Source of the DNA: Vicinamibacteria bacterium
GTDB lineage: Bacteria > Acidobacteriota > Vicinamibacteria > Vicinamibacterales > JAENWD01
Direction of reading: 5' to 3'
DNA: 64,000 bases
NCBI GenBank assembly: GCA_963796915.1
Contig: CAWCNI010000004.1
Location: 2,758 to 66,757 of the forward strand
A model generated the notes under the pieces. It worked only from the letters and a program-made list of their open reading frames with translations, made no database searches and had not been told where the DNA came from. Made by a program: the position numbers and the translations under genes. This document shows, in pieces, positions 1 through 8,968 of this stretch. Every line of letters starts with the position of its first letter. Position 1 is the stretch's first letter.

Positions 1-540
1 GCATGGTCGCGATGACCGGCGACGGCACGAACGATGCGCCGGCGCTCGCGCAGGCCGACGTCGGCGTCGCGATGAACACCGGCACGACGGCCGCGAAGGA
101 GGCCGGCAACATGGTCGACCTCGACTCGAACCCGACGAAGCTGATCGAGATCGTCGAGGTCGGCAAGCAGCTGCTGATCACGCGCGGCGCGCTGACGACG
201 TTCTCGATCGCGAACGACGTCGCGAAGTACTTCGCGATCCTGCCCGCGATGTTCGCGTACACCTACGCCACGCATCCCGGGCGAGCGCGGGCCGCTGAAC
301 GCGCTCAACATCATGCATCTCGGCGACCCGAAGAGCGCGATCATCTCGGCGATCATCTTCAACGCGTTGATCATCCCCGCGCTCATCCCGCTCGCGCTCC
401 ACGGCGTGAAGTACCGCGCGATCGGCGCGACGGCGCTGCTGCGCCGCAACCTCTGCATCTACGGGCTCGGCGGCGTGATCCTGCCGTTCATCGGGATCAA
501 GCTGATCGACCTGGTCGTGCACAACTTGCTCGGCGCGTAG
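1..540 (+). pseudogene. kdpB: K+-transporting P-type ATPase subunit KdpB, 3' portion (5' end outside window), one frame switch
   Basis: Frame +3 reads [28 protein letters not shown]...[26 protein letters not shown] (P-type ATPase DGTND hinge). The KdpB C-terminus continues in frame +1 from ~289 ([40 protein letters not shown]...GIKLIDLVV, stop 538-540). The frame switch lies at ~279-291. Confidence 0.85.
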
Positions 541-550
541 GGCGCGTGTC

Positions 551-880
551 ATGCGCGGTCGCTACCGGATCCTGCTCGGCATGGCCGCGGGCGTCGGCAA
601 GACCTATCGGATGCTCCAGGAGGGCCGACAGGCGCAGATCGAGGGCCGCGACGTCGTGATCGGCTACCTCGAGCCGCACGACCGCCCCGAGACGCGGCGC
701 TCGCGGAGGGGCTCGAGGCCGTGCCGCGCCTGCGGGCGCAGCACGGCGGGCTCGAGCTCGAGGAGATGGACGTCGACGCCGTGATCCGGCGCGCGCCGGA
801 GCTCGCGCTTGTCGACGAGCTCGCGCACACCAACGGCCGGGAACGCGCAACGAGAAGCGCTACCAGGACATCGACGAGCG
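551..880 (+). pseudogene. kdpD: KdpD N-terminal (KdpD-N/P-loop) domain remnant, two frame switches, homology ends ~878
   Basis: [48 protein letters not shown] matches the KdpD N-terminal domain. It continues in another frame from ~695 (AALAEGLEAVPRLRAQHGGLELEEMDVDAVIRRAPELALVDELAHTN). It switches frame again at ~836-840 (GPGTRNEKRYQDIDE). After that nothing resembles KdpD. Confidence 0.65.
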
Positions 881-1200
881 AACCGCACAAGGACCCGCGC
901 GCGCCGCAAAACCTGTACCCAATCGCCGGCCTGGAACGCGAACTGCGGCGGAGACTCGGCGACCCCGCTCTGCTGGAGTGTGCTGTTGCCTCTCGAGGGA
1001 ACAGCAGCCTCTGATTGCTGGCTCTGCAAGTGCATGATCTTCGTGTGATGCAGCGATAGCGAATCGACGTCCCCGCATTGTGTACGGCCCACCCTCCAAC
1101 GAGAGCAAGTACCTGAGCCCGGGCACCGAGGAGCCGGGCGGTACAACAACCTCGGTGGCCAGACTGAGCGCTGACTCGGGTGGGCGCCTAGATTCGCCGC

Positions 1201-1510
1201 ATGGCAGACCCTGTGGCGGTCGCAGCGTTCCTTCAGGGACGCCTCGACGCTCTTGGCCTCGAGGAAGTGGCTGCTGTAGAAGCAGCCAGGTGGCTTGACG
1301 AGACGGGGCTGCTGAAGGATTCGCGGCGAGCGGCCAGGCCTTCCCCTGCGGAGGATGTTGCGCGCCGGAAAGCTTCCCCGGGGGGAGCAACGGCCGCCGA
1401 CGTCGAATGGGAGCGGCTTCATCGTCCGGAGCGAGCGACCAGGACGTCGAGTGCGCAGGGTCGACTACCCCCTACGTGGTCGCTATGGCTTAGCGTGCGA
1501 CGACTTCTGA
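1201..1510 (+). pseudogene. small hypothetical protein, frame switch ~1330
   Basis: MADPVAVAAFLQGRLDALGLEEVAAVEAARWLDETGLLKDS... continues in the +1-shifted frame as RPGLPLRRMLRAGKLPRGEQRPPTSNGSGFIVRS... to a TGA at 1508-1510. I recall the motif WLD..GLLKDS..RPG.PLR..LRAG from short proteins next to nuclease-like genes. The family was not verified. Confidence 0.3.
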
Positions 1511-1632
1511 TCAGGAAAGTTGCTTCGGCGCACCGGAGAACGCTTCGACGGATACCGTGAATGGCAGACTGACCAGTGTGCAACTTCAGGTGGAGGGGTA
1601 GCCCAGAGTGACGCGTTCAAACGGGTTGGGTT

Positions 1633-2117
1633 GACGGCCCAAGGCTTCGTCGGGTTCGAGCGGTTCAAGGAGACCGCGTCGGACTGGATCCCTCAGGATC
1701 CCGGCGTGTATGTCGTGCTCCGTGAGAATGACGCGTGCCAGCCTGCATTCCTGGAACGGAGCCCAGGGGGCTGGTTCAAGGGTCAGGATCCGACCGTGCC
1801 TCTCGCAGAACTCGAGCGCGCTTGGCCTGATGCTGCGCATTGCGTCTACATCGGCAAAGCGGACGCCGGCTCGACTCGTCGCGGATTGCGCCAGCGGATC
1901 AAGGAGCTCCGTCAATACGGAGACGGGCGCCCAGTCGGGCACCAGGGCGGTCGACGGATCTGGCAGTTCGCTCGATGCCGACGACTACGTCCTCGCATGG
2001 GTCTCAACTCCCGACGACGATCCAGGCGCCCTCGAAGCCGCGATGCTTCGTGCTTTCGTTGCGGACTACAGCAAACTGCCGATTGGCAACAGGACGACCG
2101 GTCGATCCGGGCCGTGA
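1633..2117 (+). pseudogene. GIY-YIG-like hypothetical nuclease, frame switch ~1970
   Basis: The translation contains PGVYVVLRE...CVYIGKADAGSTRRGLRQRIKELRQYG...RPVGHQGGRRIWQ. It resumes in another frame as DADDYVLAWVSTPDDDPGALEAAMLRAFVADYSKLPIGN (stop 2115-2117). The GVY...YIGKA...R pattern is GIY-YIG-like, but the spacing is longer than in the classical motif. The start codon is uncertain. Confidence 0.4.
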
Positions 2118-2148
2118 GAGCACGCGAACGCAGGCCTACGACATCGCG

Positions 2149-2332
2149 ATGCAGATCGTCGAGCTGCGTCAGCGCAACGGCCTCGCTCTGAGCCGAGCTC
2201 GCCGAGCGGTGCGGAATGGACCAGGGTGAAAGCAGTCGTATCGAGCGAGGATCGACCAGCCCGACCGCTCGCACCCTTCAGCGGATCGCGGACGCGCTGG
2301 ATTCAGACGTTGTGTCAATGTGGGCTTTCTAG
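2149..2332 (+). pseudogene. XRE-family helix-turn-helix protein, frame switch ~2190
   Basis: MQIVELRQRNGLALS then shifts to ELAERCGMDQGESSRIERGSTSPTARTLQRIADALDSDVVSMWAF (TAG 2330-2332). This is the typical Cro/C1 HTH pattern (S.IERG...P....L..IA.AL). One extra base near agccgag breaks the frame. Confidence 0.55.
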
Positions 2333-2620
2333 GACGAGTTCTGCATCTCGATCTGGCCATCGAGACGAGTTGTGTGTGCATCGGCTCGGACACGGTGGTA
2401 CTCGTTGGCCCTAGGCGGCCAACTTCAACATGGCGTGGACGTGTAGTGATGGGTCATTACGCCCCTCCGACACCAAACAGATGTTCGACCCGCTCTGTTC
2501 GAGTCACTGAACGCCCAGGTCATCGACGTGTGCTTGTCACGACGGCGCGACATGGCCGACGCCCGCAGGTTCTTCGACCGTGTCCCGGTCGTGCTCCGGT
2601 GAATCCGACTGTCACTCCCG

Positions 2621-3019
2621 CTAGCGGTAGGTGCGGACCTCGATGCCGGGGAGGTTGCCGAAAGCGCCTGTGTCGGCGCTGACGACGGTTCGATCGAAGG
2701 CTTTGGCGGTCGCGGCGATGATCAGGTCATGTGCGCCCCGTGGCCTTCCTTGGGAACGGACTTCCACGAGCAGCTCAGCGTGTGCTTCAGCGACGTCGAC
2801 GTCGTAGCCGAGGACGGGAATGGTGGCGATGATGTCGTCGACGTACGCGGCCCGGGACGCTTTGCGTTTCCCGCGAGCGAGCAGGGCTCCTACGCGAAGT
2901 TCTGCAATTGTGACCGCGGCGACTGCGACGTCGTCGTCATCGCCGATGGCATCGTCGAACCCGTCGCCGGTGCGTTCGGTATCGATGAGAAACGTGCTGT
3001 CGAAAAGGAGCCGGGTCAC
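2621..3019 (-). CDS. vapC: PIN-domain ribonuclease toxin VapC
   Basis: 132 aa: MTRLLFDSTFLIDTER...IAELRVGALLA...HDLIIAATAKAFDRTVVSADTGAF. PIN acidic residues are in their usual positions. It overlaps the upstream antitoxin gene by 4 nt. Confidence 0.9.
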   Translation of the reverse strand: MTRLLFDSTFLIDTERTGDGFDDAIGDDDDVAVAAVTIAELRVGALLARGKRKASRAAYVDDIIATIPVLGYDVDVAEAHAELLVEVRSQGRPRGAHDLIIAATAKAFDRTVVSADTGAFGNLPGIEVRTYR

Positions 3020-3258
3020 GTCCGGTCCTCGACCTCGAGCAGTGCTCGGACCTCGTCGAGATCGCTCGCCCAGTCACGGTCGGGGCGATGCCGGCTCAGG
3101 AGGGCCTTCACGTCCGCGCCACGCCCTTGGTTCATCGGTTCGAGGTGGGCGATGGCTTTGCCCCGCCGCACGATCGTGAACTGCTCCCCGCGATGCTCGA
3201 TCGTGTCGAGCAGGTCGGCGAAGTTGCGGGCTGCGTCGGTTGCGGAGACGTCAGGCAT
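3016..3258 (-). CDS. Phd/YefM-type antitoxin paired with VapC
   Basis: 80 aa: MPDVSATDAARNFADLLDTIEHRGEQFTIVRRGKAIAHLEP... This is the typical prevent-host-death N-terminus. It has a 4-nt overlap with the PIN toxin gene. Confidence 0.8.
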   Translation of the reverse strand: MPDVSATDAARNFADLLDTIEHRGEQFTIVRRGKAIAHLEPMNQGRGADVKALLSRHRPDRDWASDLDEVRALLEVEDRT

Positions 3259-3270
3259 GACATCAGATTA

Positions 3271-3440
3271 TCAGATCGTGTCGCCGTGGATGGCGCCATG
3301 CAGAGCGAGGATCGGTGGTTGGGTCCAGTGGCGGGCGACGAGGCGCCGGTGCCAGCGGATCACCGTTCTCGGCTTCACGATCTCCCTGGCCTCGTCGGTC
3401 AGGTGTCCGAGGAGGGCGGAGTCTCGGATGACGCGACCGA
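3271..3440 (-). mobile_element. transposase/integrase N-terminal remnant (IS481/IS3-like motif)
   Basis: The minus-strand translation IRDSALLGHLTDEAREIVKPRTVIRWHRRLVARHWTQPP ends at a stop at 3271-3273. The motif (T)VIRWHRRLVARHW is characteristic of the N-terminal region of IS481-type transposases. No catalytic DDE part follows. Confidence 0.4.
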
Positions 3441-3486
3441 TTGCTGACGCAGTCGGTGGGTCGGTCGTGAGCGGGCGGTCGTTTGG

Positions 3487-3828
3487 TCAGGGCAGGTCGA
3501 GGATGACGGCGATGGTCTCACGGACCTGTGCGAGCAGACTTGCTCCGACGTTGCCGCGCACGTGCAGAGCCCGTTCTCGGGCGATCGACCTGATGTGTTG
3601 GCACTGTGCGGCGGATCCGACGGTGAGGCCGTTAGTGTCATCGGGCTCGATCTCGACCTCGGAGTGGAACCGTCGGATGGTGCTGGTCAGTGGCACGACC
3701 TGAATCACGGTCGGGTCCGCGTCGAGGATGCGTTGGGCGGAGACGACGATGGCGGGGTGGCGGTAGCCGGCCTCCCGTCCAGTCGGTGTGCCGAGGTCGA
3801 GGTCGACGACGTCACCCGAGGTCAGCAT
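3487..3828 (-). CDS. mazF: MazF/PemK-family endoribonuclease toxin
   Basis: From the ATG at 3828: MLTSGDVVDLDLGTPTGREAGYRHPAIVVSAQRILDADPTVIQVVPLTSTIRRFHSEVEIEPD...GSAAQCQHIRSIARERA. This is the typical PemK/MazF fold signature. Confidence 0.85.
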   Translation of the reverse strand: MLTSGDVVDLDLGTPTGREAGYRHPAIVVSAQRILDADPTVIQVVPLTSTIRRFHSEVEIEPDDTNGLTVGSAAQCQHIRSIARERALHVRGNVGASLLAQVRETIAVILDLP

Positions 3829-4006
3829 CGAGCCAGGCGGTCTCGTCGTCTCGCAGCGGCGTGGACAAGTCCTGGCCGACACGGTCCTGGCGGAGCGCCT
3901 TGACCGCGAGCGTCACGGTGTTGCCGACGGTGGTGTTGAGCTCGCGGGCCAGTCGCCGCAACTCGTCATGGGTCGTGCTGTCGATGCGAACGCTCGTGCT
4001 GTGCAT
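3812..4006 (-). CDS. ribbon-helix-helix antitoxin paired with MazF
   Basis: MHSTSVRIDSTTHDELRRLARELNTTVGNTVTLAVKALRQD... (64 aa) shows the RHH/CopG pattern. It overlaps the mazF start by 17 nt. An alternative start is at 4018. The ORF-track version (214 aa, to 4456) is probably an upstream stop-free extension. Confidence 0.7.
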   Translation of the reverse strand: MHSTSVRIDSTTHDELRRLARELNTTVGNTVTLAVKALRQDRVGQDLSTPLRDDETAWLDADLG

Positions 4007-4500
4007 GCAAATCAGCATACAGGTGAACTGTGCGGCTCGTGGCAAGCGATTCAGCCGGCGAGTTCGAGCATGCCGGTGAGGGTGAATCACATTGTCGGGA
4101 TCACTGAGCTTTTGTCCCGGTTCGGTCCGGTGGATCGCCAGGACTGTCAGGTCGACCGGATGGGTGATCTGGGTCGGGGTCCGGAGTAGCTGGTTCTGCA
4201 GGAGGTCGGTGAGCCACGTCGACCATTCGTCGGTCGTCCAGCCCCGGCGGGTGGTGAGGTCGGTGAACGTGGTGAGGTCGTCCAGGGCTCGCACGATGTC
4301 GAGCGCTCGATGTCGGGTGAGCGTTTCGCGGAGTGCGGCGTAGGAGGCCGGATCGTGTCGGTCCGCAGGGGTTGAATGAGCCCCGACATCTCCGCGAAGG
4401 GCCGTTGACGAGGTCGGCGACCGGATCGGCGGGTACGTGTCACGACTGCGCGACATCGCCGCGGCTCGCAGGTTCTTCTCCGATCGTCGGGTACGTTCGC

Positions 4501-4983
4501 TCAGCGTGGCTGGTAGGGCGGCGCCTCACCCCAACCCCAGCGAGGAACGGGTGCGTGTGCAACCACCGTCGCTGTTGGCTGCGAGTTGTCATGCGCGATG
4601 CGCGTGCCCCACTCGACGTAGGCGACCAGTGCGGAGCGGAACTCCGGGTCCGTGGGAAGGTTCGCGTCATCTGCGGCGAGACTCATCAGTGACGCGAACC
4701 GGAACCGCTGGTCCGCGTTGATCGCCAAATTTCGATGATGGGCCAGCATTGCCTCGTAGCCGCCGAGCTCAGCGGAATAGCGGGCTGGACCGCCGAACAC
4801 CTCCGACCACCACGCCGCGACATGATCGTGGTGTTCCTCGCTGACGCCGCCAGGAAAGAACGTGCAGAGGAGATCGTCGTGTTCCACTCGGTCGTAGAAG
4901 GAATCGATGAGGCGGCGAAGCGCAGTGGTGCCGCCGGCCCATTCGAACAGAGTCGGCGTCGAAGCGGGCGATACCTCTTCCAT
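4501..4983 (-). CDS. glbO: group II truncated haemoglobin (GlbO-like)
   Basis: From the ATG at 4983: MEEVSPASTPTLFEWAGGTTALRRLIDSFYDRVEHDDLL..FFPGGVSEEHHDHVAAWWSEVFGGPARYS...HRNLAINADQRFRF. This is the characteristic 2-on-2 globin group II pattern. Confidence 0.85.
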   Translation of the reverse strand: MEEVSPASTPTLFEWAGGTTALRRLIDSFYDRVEHDDLLCTFFPGGVSEEHHDHVAAWWSEVFGGPARYSAELGGYEAMLAHHRNLAINADQRFRFASLMSLAADDANLPTDPEFRSALVAYVEWGTRIAHDNSQPTATVVAHAPVPRWGWGEAPPYQPR

Positions 4984-5200
4984 ATGTCCGTCCTTGCTCT
5001 GAGCGGTTCCAGGTGTGTCGCCGCAGGCACTGATTCCACCACTCGACGGGACGCTGCCGACGTGCTCTTGCCGCACTGCTGCGTTGATCGATCGGGTGGC
5101 GCGGCTCAGCTTGAAACAGGCTGGTGATCGATCAGAACACTCGATCAGTTCGTCGAAACCGGCCTCGACAAAGAGGTACCGGCAACCGCGCCGATCGAGG

Positions 5201-5803
5201 TCAGTGCGCCGACGCCAGCCACGGCTCCTCGACGTCGAGGTACCGCTCGACCTTCATGACGTCCTGGAAGTCCGCGAATTCCTCGGGCATCTCCGAGGGC
5301 ATACCCTGCTCGGCTTTGCGGGCATCCTCCTGCGACGTGAAGTACGCGACCTCGGTGAACGCGTCACCATCGTGGAACGCTGTCACCGTGCCGAGCAGGT
5401 CGGGCCGGACGGTCCGCAGGGCCTCGTCGGCCTGGTCGTTCATGGAGTGGGCGCGTTCCAGGTCGGTCACATGGCCCTCCATCACCTGGACAAAGTGGGC
5501 TTGATCCTTGTCGCCGTGGTCCATGATCTGCACGTCGGTCGTGTCATGGAAGGTGATCGGACCGTCGAAGCACTTCTCGGTCTCAGCCCACCATGAAGAC
5601 TGCTCCGAGCGCTTGCTGTTCTGCATGGCCGCGTCGATGCTCTCGAACCGGGCGACGAAGATGGCATCGCCGTCGGACGTCACGCCGCCGGTGGAACCGA
5701 GGTACCCGATCGCACCGGGTTCGATATCCCGATGCCATGCGTCGCTCTGGCGATGCAGTGCCACCGGATCGCTGGTGTGTCCTTCGATGACCTGTATGAA
5801 CAT
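5201..5803 (-). CDS. hypothetical protein made of two tandem ~95-aa homologous domains
   Basis: An AAGGAG RBS precedes the ATG at 5803. Domain 1 begins MFIQVIEGHTSDP and domain 2 begins HFVQVMEGHVTDL. Both follow the same pattern (..G..G....DGDAF(I)...(Y)F.S.....). The function is unknown. Confidence 0.6.
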   Translation of the reverse strand: MFIQVIEGHTSDPVALHRQSDAWHRDIEPGAIGYLGSTGGVTSDGDAIFVARFESIDAAMQNSKRSEQSSWWAETEKCFDGPITFHDTTDVQIMDHGDKDQAHFVQVMEGHVTDLERAHSMNDQADEALRTVRPDLLGTVTAFHDGDAFTEVAYFTSQEDARKAEQGMPSEMPEEFADFQDVMKVERYLDVEEPWLASAH

Positions 5804-6306
5804 GGTCGGCTCCTTTTCGCCGATCGTGGCGCGCGCGATCACCCACCAGCAAGGGTCCTCCTCGGGACGCGAGAGGTCAACGGCGGCGTGACTCATCGGG
5901 CTGGATCAACAGGGCAAGACGATCGGCACCGCGGAACGGAGGCTCGGACTGCCATCCTGTCGTTCTGCGCACTGACTCAAGGCTCGCCGTCGCCAGTGGC
6001 GGGTATCGATGTGGCGACAGTCCTCCGACACCACGAATCCCCCGCATAGCAGGGGTTCTCTTGTTCAGGGTGTCGTTTGCTCACGGATTGCCAACACGGG
6101 CGAGTCCGTGACCCGTTCGAAGCGAGGTCCAGAGCCGTTGCTCACCGGCACCGAAGCGATGCTGGTGGTGACGCGAGGTCAGCTCCGCCGGCCCTGGTCG
6201 AGTTCGATGTGTCCAGGAAGATGAACGAGCTCATGGCCGGAGCTCCCAACGTTTCCTGTTCGCTGGGGTGGGGTCGGCGGATGTCGACGCCTCGGACGGC
6301 ACGGCG

Positions 6307-6855
6307 TCATGCCGCTGCCACGGTCCCGTCCGGATGACGCGCTCCCACGGCATCCTGGGCCGGTGGGCTGGCGAGGTGCAGCACACGACCCAGGGAGCGG
6401 GCGAAGTCCCGTTCGTCGGGCGTCATCCGCGCGATCTGCTCGACCGTGTCAGCGGCCCACAGCGTCGCCACATCGGCGGCCCGGCCGTCGTCCAGGTCGA
6501 TCGGTTGTCCGTCGCGTCGCGACGCGGTGACCACGGGCCCGGTCGTGTCGATCGAGTCACGACGGATCGTGCACCAGAGCCACGCGATCTCCTCGGCGTC
6601 GTCCCCGATGACCTCCCGCACCTCCTCCCGGGCCGCGGGACGGTCGACCGGAAAGTACTCCGTGCCGTACGCCGAGTGAAACAGCCCGGCATCACAGAGC
6701 GCTGGACGCTCGCCCCAGCCGACGAGCAGGCGCCGGGTGCCGAGCAGGTGCGACAGGAAGGGTACGTGGGAGTCGTGCGTCAGGCCGCCGAACCCGAGGC
6801 GTCGGAGCAGCGACAGCCGAGGACCGCTCGGAGCGGCGACGTGGTCGGTCGTCAC
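6307..6855 (-). CDS. hypothetical protein (HD-like, resembles DUF6817-type proteins)
   Basis: 182-aa ORF with a GTG start: ...THDSHVPFLSHLLGTRRLLVGWGERPALCDAGLFHSAYGTEYF... The family name comes from memory of similar actinobacterial proteins and was not verified. Confidence 0.5.
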   Translation of the reverse strand: MTTDHVAAPSGPRLSLLRRLGFGGLTHDSHVPFLSHLLGTRRLLVGWGERPALCDAGLFHSAYGTEYFPVDRPAAREEVREVIGDDAEEIAWLWCTIRRDSIDTTGPVVTASRRDGQPIDLDDGRAADVATLWAADTVEQIARMTPDERDFARSLGRVLHLASPPAQDAVGARHPDGTVAAA

Positions 6856-6864
6856 GGTCCGATC

Positions 6865-7335
6865 CTACGAGATCTGCTCCCTGAGCGACTCCAGGAGTGT
6901 GCTCCACCACTCGGCGAGTCGTTGCTGGAAAGGACCGAGCGGGAACCCGTGGCGCGCCGCGTGGTCCTGGGGGATCGAGTCCCAACCCACGTGTTCGACC
7001 GTCACCCGTGTGCCGGTGGCGACGGGCTCGAAGCGGACGGACACCTCGGTCGAGCGGTCGTCGGGGAAGCCGGCCTGCCGCCAGGCGAAGACGAGTCGGG
7101 CAGGCGGCTCCCAGGTCAGGACCTGGCCGATCTCGAACCGCGTCCCGTCCACGTCGACCTCGACGAGGCGCTCCGGAGGATCCGGTTCGAACGCCAGGTG
7201 GGTGCCCGCGCGGTCGGTGAACCGGAACAGGCCGTTGGGGCGCCACCATTCGCCGATCTCCTCCGTGAACGCGGTGAAGGTCCGTTCCGGCGGCGCGGCG
7301 ATGCGCAACGACACGAACACCCGCGATCGTGTCAT
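6865..7335 (-). CDS. SRPBCC/Aha1-domain protein
   Basis: MTRSRVFVSLRIAAPPERTFTAFTEEIGEWW...RLVFAWRQAGFP...TEVSVRFEPVATGTRVTVEH. This is the typical activator-of-Hsp90-ATPase-homologue (START-like) pattern. An ATGA overlap links it to the ArsR gene. Confidence 0.85.
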   Translation of the reverse strand: MTRSRVFVSLRIAAPPERTFTAFTEEIGEWWRPNGLFRFTDRAGTHLAFEPDPPERLVEVDVDGTRFEIGQVLTWEPPARLVFAWRQAGFPDDRSTEVSVRFEPVATGTRVTVEHVGWDSIPQDHAARHGFPLGPFQQRLAEWWSTLLESLREQIS

Positions 7336-7655
7336 GGGCGCTCCAGGTGCTCCTTGAGCGCCGAGAGCTGCTGGGTCCAGCCGGCCTCGGTGTCGGCCAG
7401 CCACGTCCGCAGCTCCTCCATGCGGCCTGCACGCAACGAGTACACCCGGACGCGGGCATCGAACACAGGGTGCTCGTCCTGCACCAGGTCCGCGGTGCGC
7501 AGGACACGCAGATGCCGGCTCATCACGGGCGACGAGACACCGAGCGTGTCAGCGAGGTCACCGGCTCGTCGGGGACCCTGGGCGAGCAGCTCGACCGTCT
7601 GCCGACGAACCGGGTCGGCGAGTGCGGCCAAGGTTGCGTCGAGTGTGGCCGTCAC
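7332..7655 (-). CDS. ArsR/SmtB-family transcriptional regulator
   Basis: GTG start at 7655: VTATLDATLAALADPVRRQTVELLAQGPRRAGDLADTLGVSSPVMSRHLRVLRTADLV. This is a winged-HTH ArsR signature. There is a 4-nt overlap on both sides. Confidence 0.85.
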   Translation of the reverse strand: MTATLDATLAALADPVRRQTVELLAQGPRRAGDLADTLGVSSPVMSRHLRVLRTADLVQDEHPVFDARVRVYSLRAGRMEELRTWLADTEAGWTQQLSALKEHLERP

Positions 7656-8116
7656 GCCCAGTTGGTGGCTTGGATGGGCTGGCCGATGGCCGCCGCGGCC
7701 TCCGCTCGGGAGACGTCGCGGACATGCATCGCGAAGGTCCAGTGGTGGCCCTCGAGGTCCACGCAGCGGTAGACGCGGTCGCCGTAGAACTGGTCCGTGG
7801 GGTCGACCAGGATGGTGGCGCCAGCAGCCCGGGCCCGCTCGCAGTGGGCGTCGATGTCGCCGGTGACGTCGACATGGGTGCTGGTGGTGTTGGACCCGCC
7901 GACGGACGACGGGCTGCGCATCCAGTCGTTCCACTCGCTGCCCACCATGATCCGGCCCCGGCCCTGGTACCCCATCTCGTAGTGGCACTGGGTCGGGTCG
8001 TCGTCGGGGCCCTCGATGGCCATGGTGACCTCGAAGTCGAACGCCTTCGACAGCCAGTCGAGCGCTGCCTTGGGATCGCGGTAGCTCAGTGCGGGTACGA
8101 ATGTGATGTCGTCCAT
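7652..8116 (-). CDS. VOC-family (glyoxalase/bleomycin-resistance fold) protein
   Basis: From the ATG at 8116: MDDITFVPALSYRDPKAALDWLSKAFDFEV...RIMVGSE...ATILVDPTDQFYGDRVYRCVDLEGHHWTFA. This is the typical VOC pattern. Confidence 0.85.
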   Translation of the reverse strand: MDDITFVPALSYRDPKAALDWLSKAFDFEVTMAIEGPDDDPTQCHYEMGYQGRGRIMVGSEWNDWMRSPSSVGGSNTTSTHVDVTGDIDAHCERARAAGATILVDPTDQFYGDRVYRCVDLEGHHWTFAMHVRDVSRAEAAAAIGQPIQATNWA

Positions 8117-8229
8117 GGCGGACTCCTCGTCTCGTGGGCACAGCCCGGCGTGTCCGGGGATGAGGCCGTGTGATACCTGCTGTATGCGAGAATAGTTCAT
8201 GAAACCCGGAACTAACAAGGGTTGATCTA

Positions 8230-8625
8230 TCAAGACGCACACGGGTGGGTCGAAGGCGGTGGCGGCCGGAACCCGGAGCGCGTGGACACGCCGATCGATC
8301 GCCCCCGGGCGGGCGACGGTGCACCTAGGATCCTGCCCGAGGTCGGCTGGGGTCCGTCATGGAGAGGGGAAGGCAATGCTGGGTCAGCATCGCGTCCGGT
8401 TCGTCTTCGTCGCGGGTCATCGCCCTTGAGGCTGATGTTCACGGTGTAGGCGCTCCGGGCGTGCACGATCGCGTTGGTGGCGAGCTCGCTGGCCACGAGA
8501 ACGACGTCGTCACGGAGCCGATCGGACACGCGTCCGTCCAGGAAAGATCGCGACCGATCTCGGACGTCGCGGACGGACTGCACCGACCCGGAGAACTTCC
8601 ACGTTTCCTCGATGCCGCCTCCTTA
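8230..8625 (-). pseudogene. RsbW-like anti-sigma factor / HATPase_c protein, apparently degenerate
   Basis: SVQSVRDVRDRSRSFLDGRVSDRLRDDVVLVASELATNAIVHARSAYTVNISLKGD matches the N-box region of RsbW-type kinases. The C-terminal half loses the expected G-box pattern. An AAGGAGG RBS at ~8622 is followed by no ATG/GTG in frame. Confidence 0.4.
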
Positions 8626-8882
8626 TCCGGTCCGGAGCACTTCCACGCCCGACGGTTCAGTTCCGGTCCGGGGAGAGTCCCAACCAGGATGTGACACCGC
8701 CGAGGGGTCGGTCGGGAGGGGCTGCTGCGCCGACCGGTGACAGCTGACCGTCTGTGCAGGGTTGCGTGCCGCCCCGAGCCGCGTGGCCCGGAACGGCGCC
8801 AGTCGGTACCCGACGGCGTCGAATGGCCCTCAATCGTGAGCAACGTTCTCGTCCAACGTTCGGCGTTGCACGCCCCCGGCGC

Positions 8883-8968
8883 GGTGGTTCAAGTCCCCCC
8901 TCCGACACGCAGGAACCGCCGAAAGGCCTGGAAATCAAGGGTTCGGCGTCCCAGGTCTAGGTCCGGAA
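8883..8968. repeat. non-coding element, copy 1 (tRNA T-arm-like GGTTCAAGTCC core)
   Basis: ggtggttcaagtcccccctccgacacgcaggaacc...gggttcggcgtcccaggtct-aggtccgg aligns with 16773-16890 (aggtgcaagtccccctccgacacgctcagaacc...gggttcgcacatcccagttc...aggtcctgg). Confidence 0.5.

Noticed and set aside
3812-4456. 214-aa ORF containing the RHH antitoxin at its C-terminus
   Set aside because: The last 64 aa form a complete RHH antitoxin with its own ATG. RHH domains sit at antitoxin N-termini. The upstream 150 aa have no recognisable family (a vague TetR-C-terminal-like feel only), so they are treated as a stop-free upstream extension or an unrelated fragment.
8880-8915. Possible tRNA gene or tRNA 3' fragment (ggttcaagtcc T-loop-like motif)
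   Set aside because: The putative T-stem has a mismatch. No complementary acceptor 5' strand, D-arm or anticodon arm can be found in the preceding 80 nt. The same holds for the second copy at ~16775.
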